Shown piece after piece: positions 1 through 9,009 of a DNA stretch of 30,403 bases. A program made the position numbers and the translations under genes. The stretch's first letter is position 1, and the number at the start of each line of letters is the position of its first letter. The DNA is from Veleropilina oligotropha (taxonomy: Eukaryota). The notes under the pieces were generated by a model. It did no database searches, was not told the origin of the DNA, and was given only the letters and a program-made list of their open reading frames with translations. The DNA lies in NCBI GenBank assembly GCA_048128005.1, contig JBEUKZ010000010.1:992001-1022403 (forward strand), written 5' to 3'.

Positions 1-662
1 CTGTAGGTCCAGCGGTTCATCTATGTGACAGAAAGCAATCTTCGAAGTGCCAGAACGGAAATACATGAACTTGACCTTTGACCCAGCGACCCCATCTTTG
101 AACTTGGGCTAGGCCTGATGGTATACAAGGTGCATACCCAAGATGAAAGCTGTAGGTCCAGCGGTTCATCTTCTATGTGACAGAAAGCAATCTTTGAAGT
201 GCCAGAATGGAAATACACGAAAATGACCTTGACCTTTGACCCAGCGACCCCATCTTTGAACTTGGGCTAGGCCTGATGGTATACAAGGTGCATACCCAAG
301 ATGAAAGCTGTAGGTCCAGCGGTTCATCTTCTATGTGACAGAAAGCAATCTTCGAAGTGCCAGAACGGAAATACACGAAAATGACCTTGACCTTTGACCC
401 AGCGACCCCATCTTTGAACTTGGGCTAGGCCTGATGGTATACAAGGTGCATACCCAAGATGAAAGCTGTAGGTCCAGCGGTTCATCTTCTATGTGACAGA
501 AAGCAATCTTCGAAGTGCCATAACGGAAATACACGAAAATGACCTTGACCTTTGACCCAGCGACTCCATCTTTGAACTTGGGCTAGGCCTGATGGTATAT
601 AAGATGCATACCAAATATTAAAGGAGTAAGTCCAGCGGTTCATCTTCTATGTTACAGAAAGC
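1..662 (+). repeat. Tandem repeat, ~158-bp unit, ~4.2 copies
   Basis: Units start at 1, 150, 308, 466 and ~624 (CTGTAGGTCCAGCGG...). They are nearly identical; the first has small deletions and the last is diverged. Confidence 0.95.
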
Positions 663-734
663 ATCAGGCGACGGACGGACGACGGACGCCAGTACATGGC
701 TATAGCCCTGCCTTTATAGAAGGCGGGCCAAAAA
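1..734 (+). mobile_element. Non-autonomous Helentron-associated (HINE/DINE-1-like) element, 3' part, with internal tandem array
   Basis: Array with GACCTTGACCTTTGACC motif, then an ACGG-type microsatellite (670-688), an imperfect hairpin GCCC(T)GCCTT..AAGGCGGGC (705-728) and an A-run. This order is typical of HINEs. The 5' end lies outside the window. Confidence 0.7.
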
Positions 735-929
735 TGAAGCATAAAACCACACATTACTCATCAGCTCTCTTCATACATTACAGATACATGTTATGATGCC
801 ATAAAACACTGTGATAACTATTTGAAGAACCTTCGAAGCAGATTTGACAAGCTTTTTAATATCTTTTTATACTTAACGGTTAAACGCTCTCTATATGTCC
901 ATCACTGAAGTAATATTGTTCGAAAAGCA

Positions 930-1092
930 AATTCAAAATGGTCGCCATATTGATGACGTCATAATTCCGGACTCGGGTCATTTTGCACTTGGCACTATAT
1001 CAGAATTTGATAAGTCATGATATACTTACAAATTGGAAAGTTTCATGCTTTTATCATAAAATGCACAATTATTTGCTATTGCCGCTGCACTA
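930..1092 (+). mobile_element. Probable 3' terminal fragment of an Academ-like DNA transposon
   Basis: Ends ...GCTTTTATCATAAAATGCACAATT...GCCGCTGCACTA, which resembles Academ termini (TAG...CTA) as I recall them. No matching left end; start is approximate. Confidence 0.4.
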
Positions 1093-1810
1093 TATGCTAT
1101 CTATTAGTTTTAGGCGTTAGAATAGCCACGCCAGAGCAGGGGTTTAAACCAACATCCTACCATCCCACTTATCGTTTTTTCTATGCTCTACCAGTGTCAT
1201 ATTATGCAGAGCCGTTAATCTGTGGATTTAAAACACAGAGATGCACATCATTGTACTGCACATGCTTCTAGAACAACATTGAATACTTTCTTGGATGTGC
1301 CTGCCATCAAACTTGTCGTAAGCCCCCAAAACCCCATTATATATTGCTGATGCAGATGATGATGAATCAACGGACATGAACTATAGAAAGATCAGTGATT
1401 GTAGACTTGCGTGCTCATAACATTCTGGACGTACATGTATTTTTGTCCACCGCCTTTTAATTGCACTGCTCTGTTCATGATAGTCCATGATGAACCCGTC
1501 TGTCTAACGTACATGATGCCGTAGAACATCATTATATATAAATTTACTATGTTAAATAATCAATAACAAGATGGCTGTACTATATTTTAGGTGGGGACGG
1601 TCTTCATAATTGACGTTCACCATCATAACGTTTATTCATGATCAAAATCAAAGGGAGATAACTCAGATTTACCCAGCTGGAAATGTACTATCGAGTGGCA
1701 TAGTGCCCCCCTTAGACAACCGTGTTGTGATTATTAAGGTAGATTCATACAATTATATTTAACACAATGAACATAACATGAGGTTTTAATGTAAACCTAA
1801 TATTAGTATA

Positions 1811-2017
1811 AAACATACTTACGTCCTTACTCTTGCCATAATAGTTATATTATCGCCAAACCGGAAATAGTGAATATGTCCCATAATGCACTCTTAACAA
1901 GTCAAAAACGTACACGGTTACCTCCCCTGCTCCTCCCCCATCACGTTCCTAGCGAGACTTCGCCAAGTCTCGCGAGACTTCTGAACAATAGAAGTCATAA
2001 GACCTCAATTCAAAGTT
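1811..2017. repeat. DIRS 3' inverted terminal repeat (207 bp)
   Basis: Reverse complement of 9010-9216 with no mismatch seen by eye. Confidence 0.95.
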
Positions 2018-2077
2018 CAAAAACCCCAAAGGAACGTAGTAGAGGGGAGGAATGCGAAACGCAGGGTGGGTAATCGT

Positions 2078-2168
2078 GTAAGGACGTAAGTATGTTTTAT
2101 ACTAATATTAGGTTTACATTAAAACCTCATATATAGTTACAAACATACTTACGTCCTTACTCTTGCCA
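2078..2168. other. DIRS internal complementary region (ICR)
   Basis: 2078-2130 is the reverse complement of 1778-1830, and 2129-2168 is the reverse complement of 9189-9228. The halves overlap by AT. Confidence 0.95.
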
Positions 2169-3007
2169 GAATAACCTTGGATAGGTGGGTAAGACGTTCC
2201 TTACAACAAACCCAAACAAGATAATGACTTACTTGTCACCAATTCAATCAGCATGAAGCGTCGATTGTGTCCGCCTAGAGTGGAATTTTTACTGAGTATT
2301 ATATTCTACTCTTACCAAGCGAGAATTTCGACCAGTGTTACCGGGAGAATACGCCGTGGTATTAGTCGGACGAGGTGAACGGAAGTGCAATCAGCCCCAG
2401 GCACGGCCGGAAGGATAAATCCCTGTAGGTCTTACGTGTCATGGACCAGTGCATGGCAGCCAAATGGGACTCCGGGCCTATAGGCCGGTAGCCAGAGGAT
2501 GCAGTCGGATTTGTAAGCACACGGAACCTAACAGGTTGTGAAAGCTTTAAATCAAAAGCAAAGAATTAATAGATTATTATAAATAATCGATATTAATAAG
2601 TAATTCGCATGACCAACTTGCGAACGCTAACATGGACGACATGTCACTTAAAATAAATTTTAAGGAAGCAAACAAGTTCGACATGTTACTCAAAAATAAT
2701 GTTGAAGGATTCAAAAATTTTTCAATGTATTGAACATCGTATGTTCGATTACAGCAAAGAACATAATAATATTGAACCTCTCTTTTTAAGATTTGTGCAA
2801 GATTATAAAAGTTGTTTTATTAAATTCAATGTGATCTGGGTTATGTCAACACTCAGGTCTGACATGAGAAGTACAAAATCTTAAATTAGATTTAAGAAAT
2901 GAACAGACATTGAACTGCCCCATAGGTGTTAATTACATAGCACCGTTTGGCCAACGAAAATAAAATGGCGTCAGTAAATATGCAAATGATCAATCAGAGA
3001 ACAATAC

Positions 3008-5965
3008 TTACTGATTAGAAGACCTCGGTCTAACAATAACCCTTTGTGCAGCAACACAGTGTAAACTGCTCAGGCCATCAGCCCCTGTTGAGTAGTCGCG
3101 CAGATAATGTTTTACAAACACGTTAGCGTTTTTCCAATATCCGGCCTGTAGTAACGCATTGATATTTAAATTATGTCGGAAGGCTACAGACGCTGCAATA
3201 GCCCGGACCTCATGTGCGCGGACCGATAAAATAGTTCGGTCTTCGTTGTCACAGCGGATGTATACATCTCTCACTGTCTGTGAAATCCACCGCGAAACAG
3301 TAGTCCTCGTAATGTCGCGGGTGTAGGTGGGCAAATACGATATGAATAAACGTAATTTTCCCTGTCGCAACTCACGGGTTCTGTCTAGGTAGAACCGAAG
3401 CGCCCGGACCGGGCAATTGAAGCGGTCTGCGTCGCGCCTTCCGACTAGCGTTAGCTTGGGAATAACAACATCGGGTGCGTCCTCGTTCGGCCGCTGGTTC
3501 TTGGCTAAGAAGCCCAGAATGGGACGCAGTATCACCGACCCGTCTGACTGGAATCGTATGTCTCTTAGCTCGGAGGAGAAAGCATGAATCTCGGAACAAC
3601 GCCTGCCCGACGCTAAGGCGATCAGAAAAACTGTTTTGTGCGTCAAGTTCCTCATGGTTATCTCGGACATCGGCTCATACGGGGGTAAGAGTAATGCGTT
3701 AAGAATAAGTACGATATTCCAGGCAGGTGGCTTAATTCTTCGGGTCGGTATCTCGAGTTCGTAAGATCGGATAAAATCTGATATCGTTCGGTCGCTTGAT
3801 AGGCCAGCATGGGCACGACACTGCTTTAGCGTGGTCGCGATCGTTGCCCGATAGCCTTTGACGGCGGACACTGACATACCGCGGTCGAAGAGCGACGATA
3901 AAAACTCGATAAACTTGTTCACAGGGGGACGGAGTATATTGATCTGCCTGCTGTGACACCAATCCACGTACTTAACCCATCGGTAGTCATAGACTTTTGT
4001 AGTGGAAATCCTTCTCGATCGATAGATACGTAAGGCTGTAGCTTTAGAAAATCCTTTCTTAGCAAGGGATCGTTCGATAACCGCCAGGCGTGTAAACGTA
4101 AGTGGTTCGGCGACTCGTGGAGTACACGGGTGCGTGGTTGCATTAACAGGTCTAGTTTCTGCGGTAACGCTAACGGTCGATCGACGATCAGATCGAGGAG
4201 GGTCGGAAACCAAGGTTGCGTGCGATACAGGGGCGCTATTAGCGTTATCTCGCAACGTTCGGTCGCTGCCTTCTGTAATACCAGTGATAGAATGCACGTC
4301 GGTGGGAAGGCATACGCGGACAGATTCTCCCATGTCATTGACATTGCGTCGACCGCTAGGGCGGCCGGGTCTGGGTACGGGGAGACATACAGAGGTAGTC
4401 GGTAATTGAATTCTGTTGCAAACAAGTCGACTTGGGGTTGTGACCACCGGCGACAAACGTCCCGAGCTACTCGGCTGTGTAGCGTCCACTCTGTGTGTAT
4501 AATCTGTGATCTCCGAGAGAGCGAATCCGCTCTGACATTCAGCTTTCCCGGGATGTGTCGGGCTCGAATCGTCGAGTTGAGGGACATCACTAAGCGGTGT
4601 AGGTCTATTGCTCGGTCGCATAGGGGACGCGAGCGAGTGCCGCCCTGGTGCTGTATGTAAGCGACGACAGTCGTGTTGTCCGTGGCGAGCATTATATGCT
4701 TGTTGCGGAGATGTGACGAGAGGGACCGTACTGACAGGTAGACGGCTTCTAACTCTAGGAAGTTGATATGTCGTCCCTGAAGGTCTGTCGGCCCTAGGCC
4801 TGATGTCTCGTAACTGTCGAGGTGACCACCCCAGCCGTCGTTCGAAGCGTCTGTGAACAGGTAAGCGTTCGGCTCTGGTGGGGATATAGGAACCGACTGG
4901 TCCGGCAAAGCGGGGTTCAACCACACTGCTGTCGTGTCGGTAAACCAATGCCGTAGATCGATGCGATCCGTCCACTGCCCCGTCCGTTGTATCCAGCGAT
5001 CCCTGAAAGCCTGTTGTAACGGTCTTTTGTTCATGCGACCCGTCGGTAGCAGGGGCGCTACCGACTCGATGTGCCCCAGGACAGTGGCCAGTTGTCGCGC
5101 CGTAGTTATGTCCGATGACAGGGTGTCTTGGATAACCGCGCGTAGGTTCCGCATACGCTTCTGGGTCGGCTTCGCGGTGAACCGGACCGTATCGAAGTCG
5201 ACTCCGAGGAACGTAAACGTCGTCGAGGGCACGAAGCAGGATTTTGTCTCGTTGATCTGAAATCCCAGGCGCTTCGTCGATGACAGGGTAAAGCTCGTAG
5301 ACCGGAGGCACAGATCTCGGGACGCCCCGAGGATCAGCCAGTCGTCGAGGTACATATGTACCCTGTGCCCTAGAGAGTGTAGGAAGGCCCCCAGGGCCTG
5401 TACTGTTCTCGTGAAGACGTACGGGGCTGACGATAGACCGAACGGTAGGCACCTGAATTGGTAGATCGTCTCCCCGTGTATAAACCGAAGGTACTGATGA
5501 GCCGTGATATGCATCGGGACATGCAGATACGCGTCGGCGAGATCGATAGACGCTGCCCAGTCGCCCGGACGGATGGCCGCTCGAATCTTCGAGAGGGTTT
5601 CTTGCTGGAATTTCTCGGTACGAAGATATAGGTTTAGGTACGAGAGATCGAGGATCGGTCTCCAGCGGCCATCGGGTTTCGGGACCAGGAAGAAATGGCT
5701 GTAAAATCCTGGTGTGCTGGGCGGCGCGGGATATATCGCTCTTTTTAGGAGCAAATCCCGCACTGCCTGGTCTAAGACCGCTTGTTTCTCTCCGTTTAGG
5801 AGGCGAGCGTGTCTTGTTGGTGGTGCCTCGGTTAAGGTCGGATGCCGGTTGAATGCCAACTTGTATCCGGCACTCACGACTAAGTGGACCCAGTTGCTGT
5901 CTGTCAGCTCTAGCCAGGGCTGGCTGTGTGCTAACAGGCACGCTCCCACCGGCGGGAGCGGGCAA
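3008..5965 (-). CDS. DIRS tyrosine recombinase ORF (YR domain ~3008-4100; long N-terminal extension overlapping the RT ORF)
   Basis: Motifs LIALASGRRCSE (R), FLAKNQ (K), CPVRALRFY, HEVR (HxxR), GYW and FVKHY (Y). The track start is TTG, not ATG. The frame stays open up to the gag stop at 5993. Confidence 0.93.
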   Translation of the reverse strand: MPAPAGGSVPVSTQPALARADRQQLGPLSRECRIQVGIQPASDLNRGTTNKTRSPPKRRETSGLRPGSAGFAPKKSDISRAAQHTRILQPFLPGPETRWPLETDPRSLVPKPISSYREIPARNPLEDSSGHPSGRLGSVYRSRRRVSACPDAYHGSSVPSVYTRGDDLPIQVPTVRSIVSPVRLHENSTGPGGLPTLSRAQGTYVPRRLADPRGVPRSVPPVYELYPVIDEAPGISDQRDKILLRALDDVYVPRSRLRYGPVHREADPEAYAEPTRGYPRHPVIGHNYGATTGHCPGAHRVGSAPATDGSHEQKTVTTGFQGSLDTTDGAVDGSHRSTALVYRHDSSVVEPRFAGPVGSYIPTRAERLPVHRRFERRLGWSPRQLRDIRPRADRPSGTTYQLPRVRSRLPVSTVPLVTSPQQAYNARHGQHDCRRLHTAPGRHSLASPMRPSNRPTPLSDVPQLDDSSPTHPGKAECQSGFALSEITDYTHRVDATQPSSSGRLSPVVTTPSRLVCNRIQLPTTSVCLPVPRPGRPSGRRNVNDMGESVRVCLPTDVHSITGITEGSDRTLRDNANSAPVSHATLVSDPPRSDRRSTVSVTAETRPVNATTHPCTPRVAEPLTFTRLAVIERSLAKKGFSKATALRIYRSRRISTTKVYDYRWVKYVDWCHSRQINILRPPVNKFIEFLSSLFDRGMSVSAVKGYRATIATTLKQCRAHAGLSSDRTISDFIRSYELEIPTRRIKPPAWNIVLILNALLLPPYEPMSEITMRNLTHKTVFLIALASGRRCSEIHAFSSELRDIRFQSDGSVILRPILGFLAKNQRPNEDAPDVVIPKLTLVGRRDADRFNCPVRALRFYLDRTRELRQGKLRLFISYLPTYTRDITRTTVSRWISQTVRDVYIRCDNEDRTILSVRAHEVRAIAASVAFRHNLNINALLQAGYWKNANVFVKHYLRDYSTGADGLSSLHCVAAQRVIVRPRSSNQ

Positions 5966-6201
5966 CTGGGGCCGTCGCGAATGCCGGCAGCCCTAGGGCC
6001 GAGGCTTCCCTCTCCCGCTCTGCTTGCGGGATTTCGCTGGAGGTGCTTGCCTCTTTGGAGTGGGTTTATTGGCCGGAGGCCTACTACCCGAAGAGGGCTT
6101 CGCACGCTTAGAAGGCTTCGGGGCCGGGGTGGGCCCGGAGCGCTTCTTCGAGTTGGCAGGTGGACCCCGGGTGGGGAGCAGTACTGCCTTCTCGATGGCA
6201 C
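3919..6201 (-). CDS. DIRS pol: reverse transcriptase - RNase H - DAM-like methyltransferase
   Basis: RT: FLVPKPDGRWRPILDL, IDLADAYLHVP, LPFGLSSAP, YLDD (5341-5352). RNase H: FTDAS..GWG, HINFLELEAV, TDN, HIPGKLNVRADSLSR. MT: VDLFA..YAFPP..PWFP. The track start is GTG; the first ATG lies inside the RT domain. Confidence 0.96.
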   Translation of the reverse strand: MPSRRQYCSPPGVHLPTRRSAPGPPRPRSLLSVRSPLRVVGLRPINPLQRGKHLQRNPASRAGEGSLGPRAAGIRDGPSCPLPPVGACLLAHSQPWLELTDSNWVHLVVSAGYKLAFNRHPTLTEAPPTRHARLLNGEKQAVLDQAVRDLLLKRAIYPAPPSTPGFYSHFFLVPKPDGRWRPILDLSYLNLYLRTEKFQQETLSKIRAAIRPGDWAASIDLADAYLHVPMHITAHQYLRFIHGETIYQFRCLPFGLSSAPYVFTRTVQALGAFLHSLGHRVHMYLDDWLILGASRDLCLRSTSFTLSSTKRLGFQINETKSCFVPSTTFTFLGVDFDTVRFTAKPTQKRMRNLRAVIQDTLSSDITTARQLATVLGHIESVAPLLPTGRMNKRPLQQAFRDRWIQRTGQWTDRIDLRHWFTDTTAVWLNPALPDQSVPISPPEPNAYLFTDASNDGWGGHLDSYETSGLGPTDLQGRHINFLELEAVYLSVRSLSSHLRNKHIMLATDNTTVVAYIQHQGGTRSRPLCDRAIDLHRLVMSLNSTIRARHIPGKLNVRADSLSRRSQIIHTEWTLHSRVARDVCRRWSQPQVDLFATEFNYRLPLYVSPYPDPAALAVDAMSMTWENLSAYAFPPTCILSLVLQKAATERCEITLIAPLYRTQPWFPTLLDLIVDRPLALPQKLDLLMQPRTRVLHESPNHLRLHAWRLSNDPLLRKDFLKLQPYVSIDREGFPLQKSMTTDGLSTWIGVTAGRSIYSVPL

Positions 6202-7093
6202 GGTCCTTTATGTCCGCCGCTCTCTTGTCAACAAACTCCGCGAAGTTGTCACCAAAGAGAGTGGTGGCCGAGCAAGGTACGCATCGCAACGAGCGCCGGG
6301 TGGGCTCGTCCAGCGAGGTACCTTCCAGGCAAGCATCCCTACGAAGTAGGAGGGCATTGCCCAGGACACGTCCCGTCTCCAACGCGCTGGTCTCCTGCGC
6401 GGCAGCAACCTCCTGGAGGAAGGACAGGGCAGCCTCGGTGGCGCCGGGTCCATTCTCCTGTAATACGGCTATCGCCCCGTCTAGGAAAAAATCCTGAACG
6501 GACGATAGCCGCAGAGCCCGTCGGGCGGAGCTCTCGAAAGCTTCCAAGGCGGACCAAGGAACTTTCGCTACGGAGGGAGTGTGACTGGCGGTCAGTCGAC
6601 GCAACGAAGCGTCAACACGAGCCGGCTCAGTCGCCAGGCACGGGCCAGTGCATTCGAACGGGATCGCTCGAGTACTGGCCCGGAGGTACCTCCCACTACG
6701 GAACCCCGAAGGGAACTCGTTCAGCGGGGAGGACTCCACCGGATTGCGCCCCTGAACGAGCTTGGTGATCGAGTCTACAACAAGATCCACCAGCCCGGAC
6801 TGAGGTAAGGAGGGGAGCTCGGGGGCTTCCCTCGCAACAAACCGATGTGCTGCCGTCCTATGCTTGGCTACGTCTACAGCCGACCGAGTCGGTTCCGACA
6901 AGCCAAGCACCCCGCGAAGTGACGCAACGGCGTCGAGCCTTCGGCGGGTGGAGGAGGTCGGCTCCTGCGTGCCTGTAAGACTAATGTCTTCGGACCCGAC
7001 CGATTCAGGGAGGTCGGTGTGATTTGAACAGAGATCCTCGTCGGAACGAGGGTCGATGTCTATCACTGAGGCAGGAGCCGTGCTCTGCGCCAT
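5993..7093 (-). CDS. DIRS gag-like ORF1, C-terminal part (frame open upstream to 7552)
   Basis: Lies upstream of pol. Has the N..LLRRD..L....LFG motif and basic K/R/P-rich tail typical of DIRS ORF1. Confidence 0.85.
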   Translation of the reverse strand: MAQSTAPASVIDIDPRSDEDLCSNHTDLPESVGSEDISLTGTQEPTSSTRRRLDAVASLRGVLGLSEPTRSAVDVAKHRTAAHRFVAREAPELPSLPQSGLVDLVVDSITKLVQGRNPVESSPLNEFPSGFRSGRYLRASTRAIPFECTGPCLATEPARVDASLRRLTASHTPSVAKVPWSALEAFESSARRALRLSSVQDFFLDGAIAVLQENGPGATEAALSFLQEVAAAQETSALETGRVLGNALLLRRDACLEGTSLDEPTRRSLRCVPCSATTLFGDNFAEFVDKRAADIKDRAIEKAVLLPTRGPPANSKKRSGPTPAPKPSKRAKPSSGSRPPANKPTPKRQAPPAKSRKQSGRGKPRP

Positions 7094-8229
7094 GGGCAGA
7101 AGTGTAGGTACCAGGTGCGGCTCGGGAGCCGTCGGCCAGGCCTTACACCGTTCCTCGATCCCCGCCGCGATCCATGCCTGGACGTTCTCAAAAGAGAAAC
7201 CCGGAGGCAGGACGGGCGACGAACTAACAGCCGGTAGTTCTGTCGAGGTAACCGTGGCGCTAGGTAGACGGGCTGCATTGACAGGTCGAACCGAGGACCA
7301 GGGTCCACGGGCACTTGTCGAGGGGTCGAACCCGAAGGCGCAGTCAGTGGGCCGGACGACCGATAGGACTGCGGCAACAGTTCTGATCGGTCTACCACTC
7401 TGTTCGAGCGAGGCACGGACGGAAAACCGCCGTAGAACCCCGTCCCGAACGCAGCCGGTCTGTCCACGTCCTCTAGCGTGACCACGTAGGGTGCACGGGA
7501 GAGACCGGGCCCTCTGAACGTCTCGTGAGCCTCGAGGTTGAGCGGAAAACCCCTAGGGGAAGTCGCGTCGGTCTCGAGCGAGGATTCAGGTTTCGCCGAT
7601 TGTCCGAGTCTTCGACCTACAAGTAGGTGCTCGGCCTCTTTAAAGGCTTTCTCTGCATTGGTTCTTTCACCGTCGCTAGACGGAGAGTGTACCGCAGAAG
7701 GACTAACTGTCCCCTTATTCTTCGAGGCCGAAGAAAAGGATGGGGATGGTCTGCCCTGTACAGCTGTTCGCTGCGCTGTCATGTATACCTTGCTAGCCGG
7801 CAAGGTATGGCTGACTGCAGCTACTAGGCCCGGTTTTGGAGGATCGGTCGACACTCGGGTCTTTACCTGAATCTTGGGTACCGGCAAGGTTTCGGTGACT
7901 CTCCCAAGAGTCGCGGAGGTTTCGCCGGTGGATCCGGCGACAGACGTCCCCTTGTGTCGGCTGTCGTCCAGCGTCCCTGAAGCAGACAAAGAAGAAACGT
8001 TAGGTAACTTACCGGTCTCTTCCTGACCCTTCTCCGGGGGAGGACCCACCGTGGCAGTCGCCCTGGTCGACTTACCGTGGTGAGACAGGGTTGCCCACTG
8101 CTTATCTGATAGAAGAAAGCACAGATCACATTGATGATGTATACTACAGCTACGGTGAGTACAACATTCCTTGTGCCTATCAAATGCGTGAATTTTCTGG
8201 TTACACCCGGAGCTGCTGCACCGGACCAT
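7063..8229 (-). CDS. DIRS gag-like ORF1, N-terminal part with Cys/His zinc-binding motif
   Basis: ATG at 8229 gives MVRCSSSGC..DRHKECCTHRSC..HQCDLC..W, followed by an S/T/P-rich linker. It is in a different frame from the C-terminal part. Confidence 0.8.
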   Translation of the reverse strand: MVRCSSSGCNQKIHAFDRHKECCTHRSCSIHHQCDLCFLLSDKQWATLSHHGKSTRATATVGPPPEKGQEETGKLPNVSSLSASGTLDDSRHKGTSVAGSTGETSATLGRVTETLPVPKIQVKTRVSTDPPKPGLVAAVSHTLPASKVYMTAQRTAVQGRPSPSFSSASKNKGTVSPSAVHSPSSDGERTNAEKAFKEAEHLLVGRRLGQSAKPESSLETDATSPRGFPLNLEAHETFRGPGLSRAPYVVTLEDVDRPAAFGTGFYGGFPSVPRSNRVVDRSELLPQSYRSSGPLTAPSGSTPRQVPVDPGPRFDLSMQPVYLAPRLPRQNYRLLVRRPSCLRVSLLRTSRHGSRRGSRNGVRPGRRLPSRTWYLHFCPWRRARLLPQ

Positions 8230-9009
8230 AGCTAAATACACGGGAGGGTGGACGTGGGTAGACGGGGTAGATAAATAGGTATATATATGGTAGTTGAGAC
8301 TTCTTTCCTTGGAGGGAGTACTACGACAACTCACAGAATTGTCCTGATCTGAAGATTAGAGATCAAGCGATATACCGTTAATAACACCCCGAACTGGGAA
8401 CACCGAGGTCGGGTATTTTACCCGACCGACCCGGTAACCCGGCAAATTGACTAAAACAAAAGGGGGGTTCTTTCCTCGAAAAAACCGCCCAGAAAAACAC
8501 CTGGAAACCTCGTGGATGTTTTATGTTAGTACAATGGCGTATTATCCCAGCAACGGCAGGATATCAGAAAATTAACGCAAGCTTAATATCAAAAGATCCT
8601 GCCTTTTAACAACGCTAGAAATTTTTTTTATATAATAAATAACCAGCAAATAGCGTTGTTAAGGAATTATCTAATATAATGAGTTACCTGTTTGCAGTCT
8701 CAAACAATATCAGATAATTATACCGACCAGAAATTTCAGCTACACTCGAAACTTTCCCTCTAAGCGGCCATCTTTAACGGCCACGGCGTCCTTGACGACG
8801 ATGTCGGTTTCCTTTGATGTCCAGAACTTCCTCGAAGTTTGGGAATCACTCTTCTTATATTCACATGTGTTTTAGATCCACAACACAGGGTTATATTCCA
8901 CTACTTATATTGCTATATAAGCAGAAACTGCGCCCTGATTTAACGTGAAATCGGGCGCCTATATCGAAATATTTGCGGAGCAAAACAACGTCTTTCCGCG
9001 GCAGCGGAA

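Noticed and set aside
21..534. Three near-identical 65-67 aa ORFs
   Set aside because: By-products of the 158-bp tandem repeat.
1870..2073. ORFs MNMSHNALL.. here and at 8891-9157
   Set aside because: Both lie in the ITRs; their identity reflects the inverted repeat, not a gene.
3475..7870. Many plus-strand ORFs within the DIRS body
   Set aside because: Antisense shadows of GC-rich coding sequence with no recognisable motifs.
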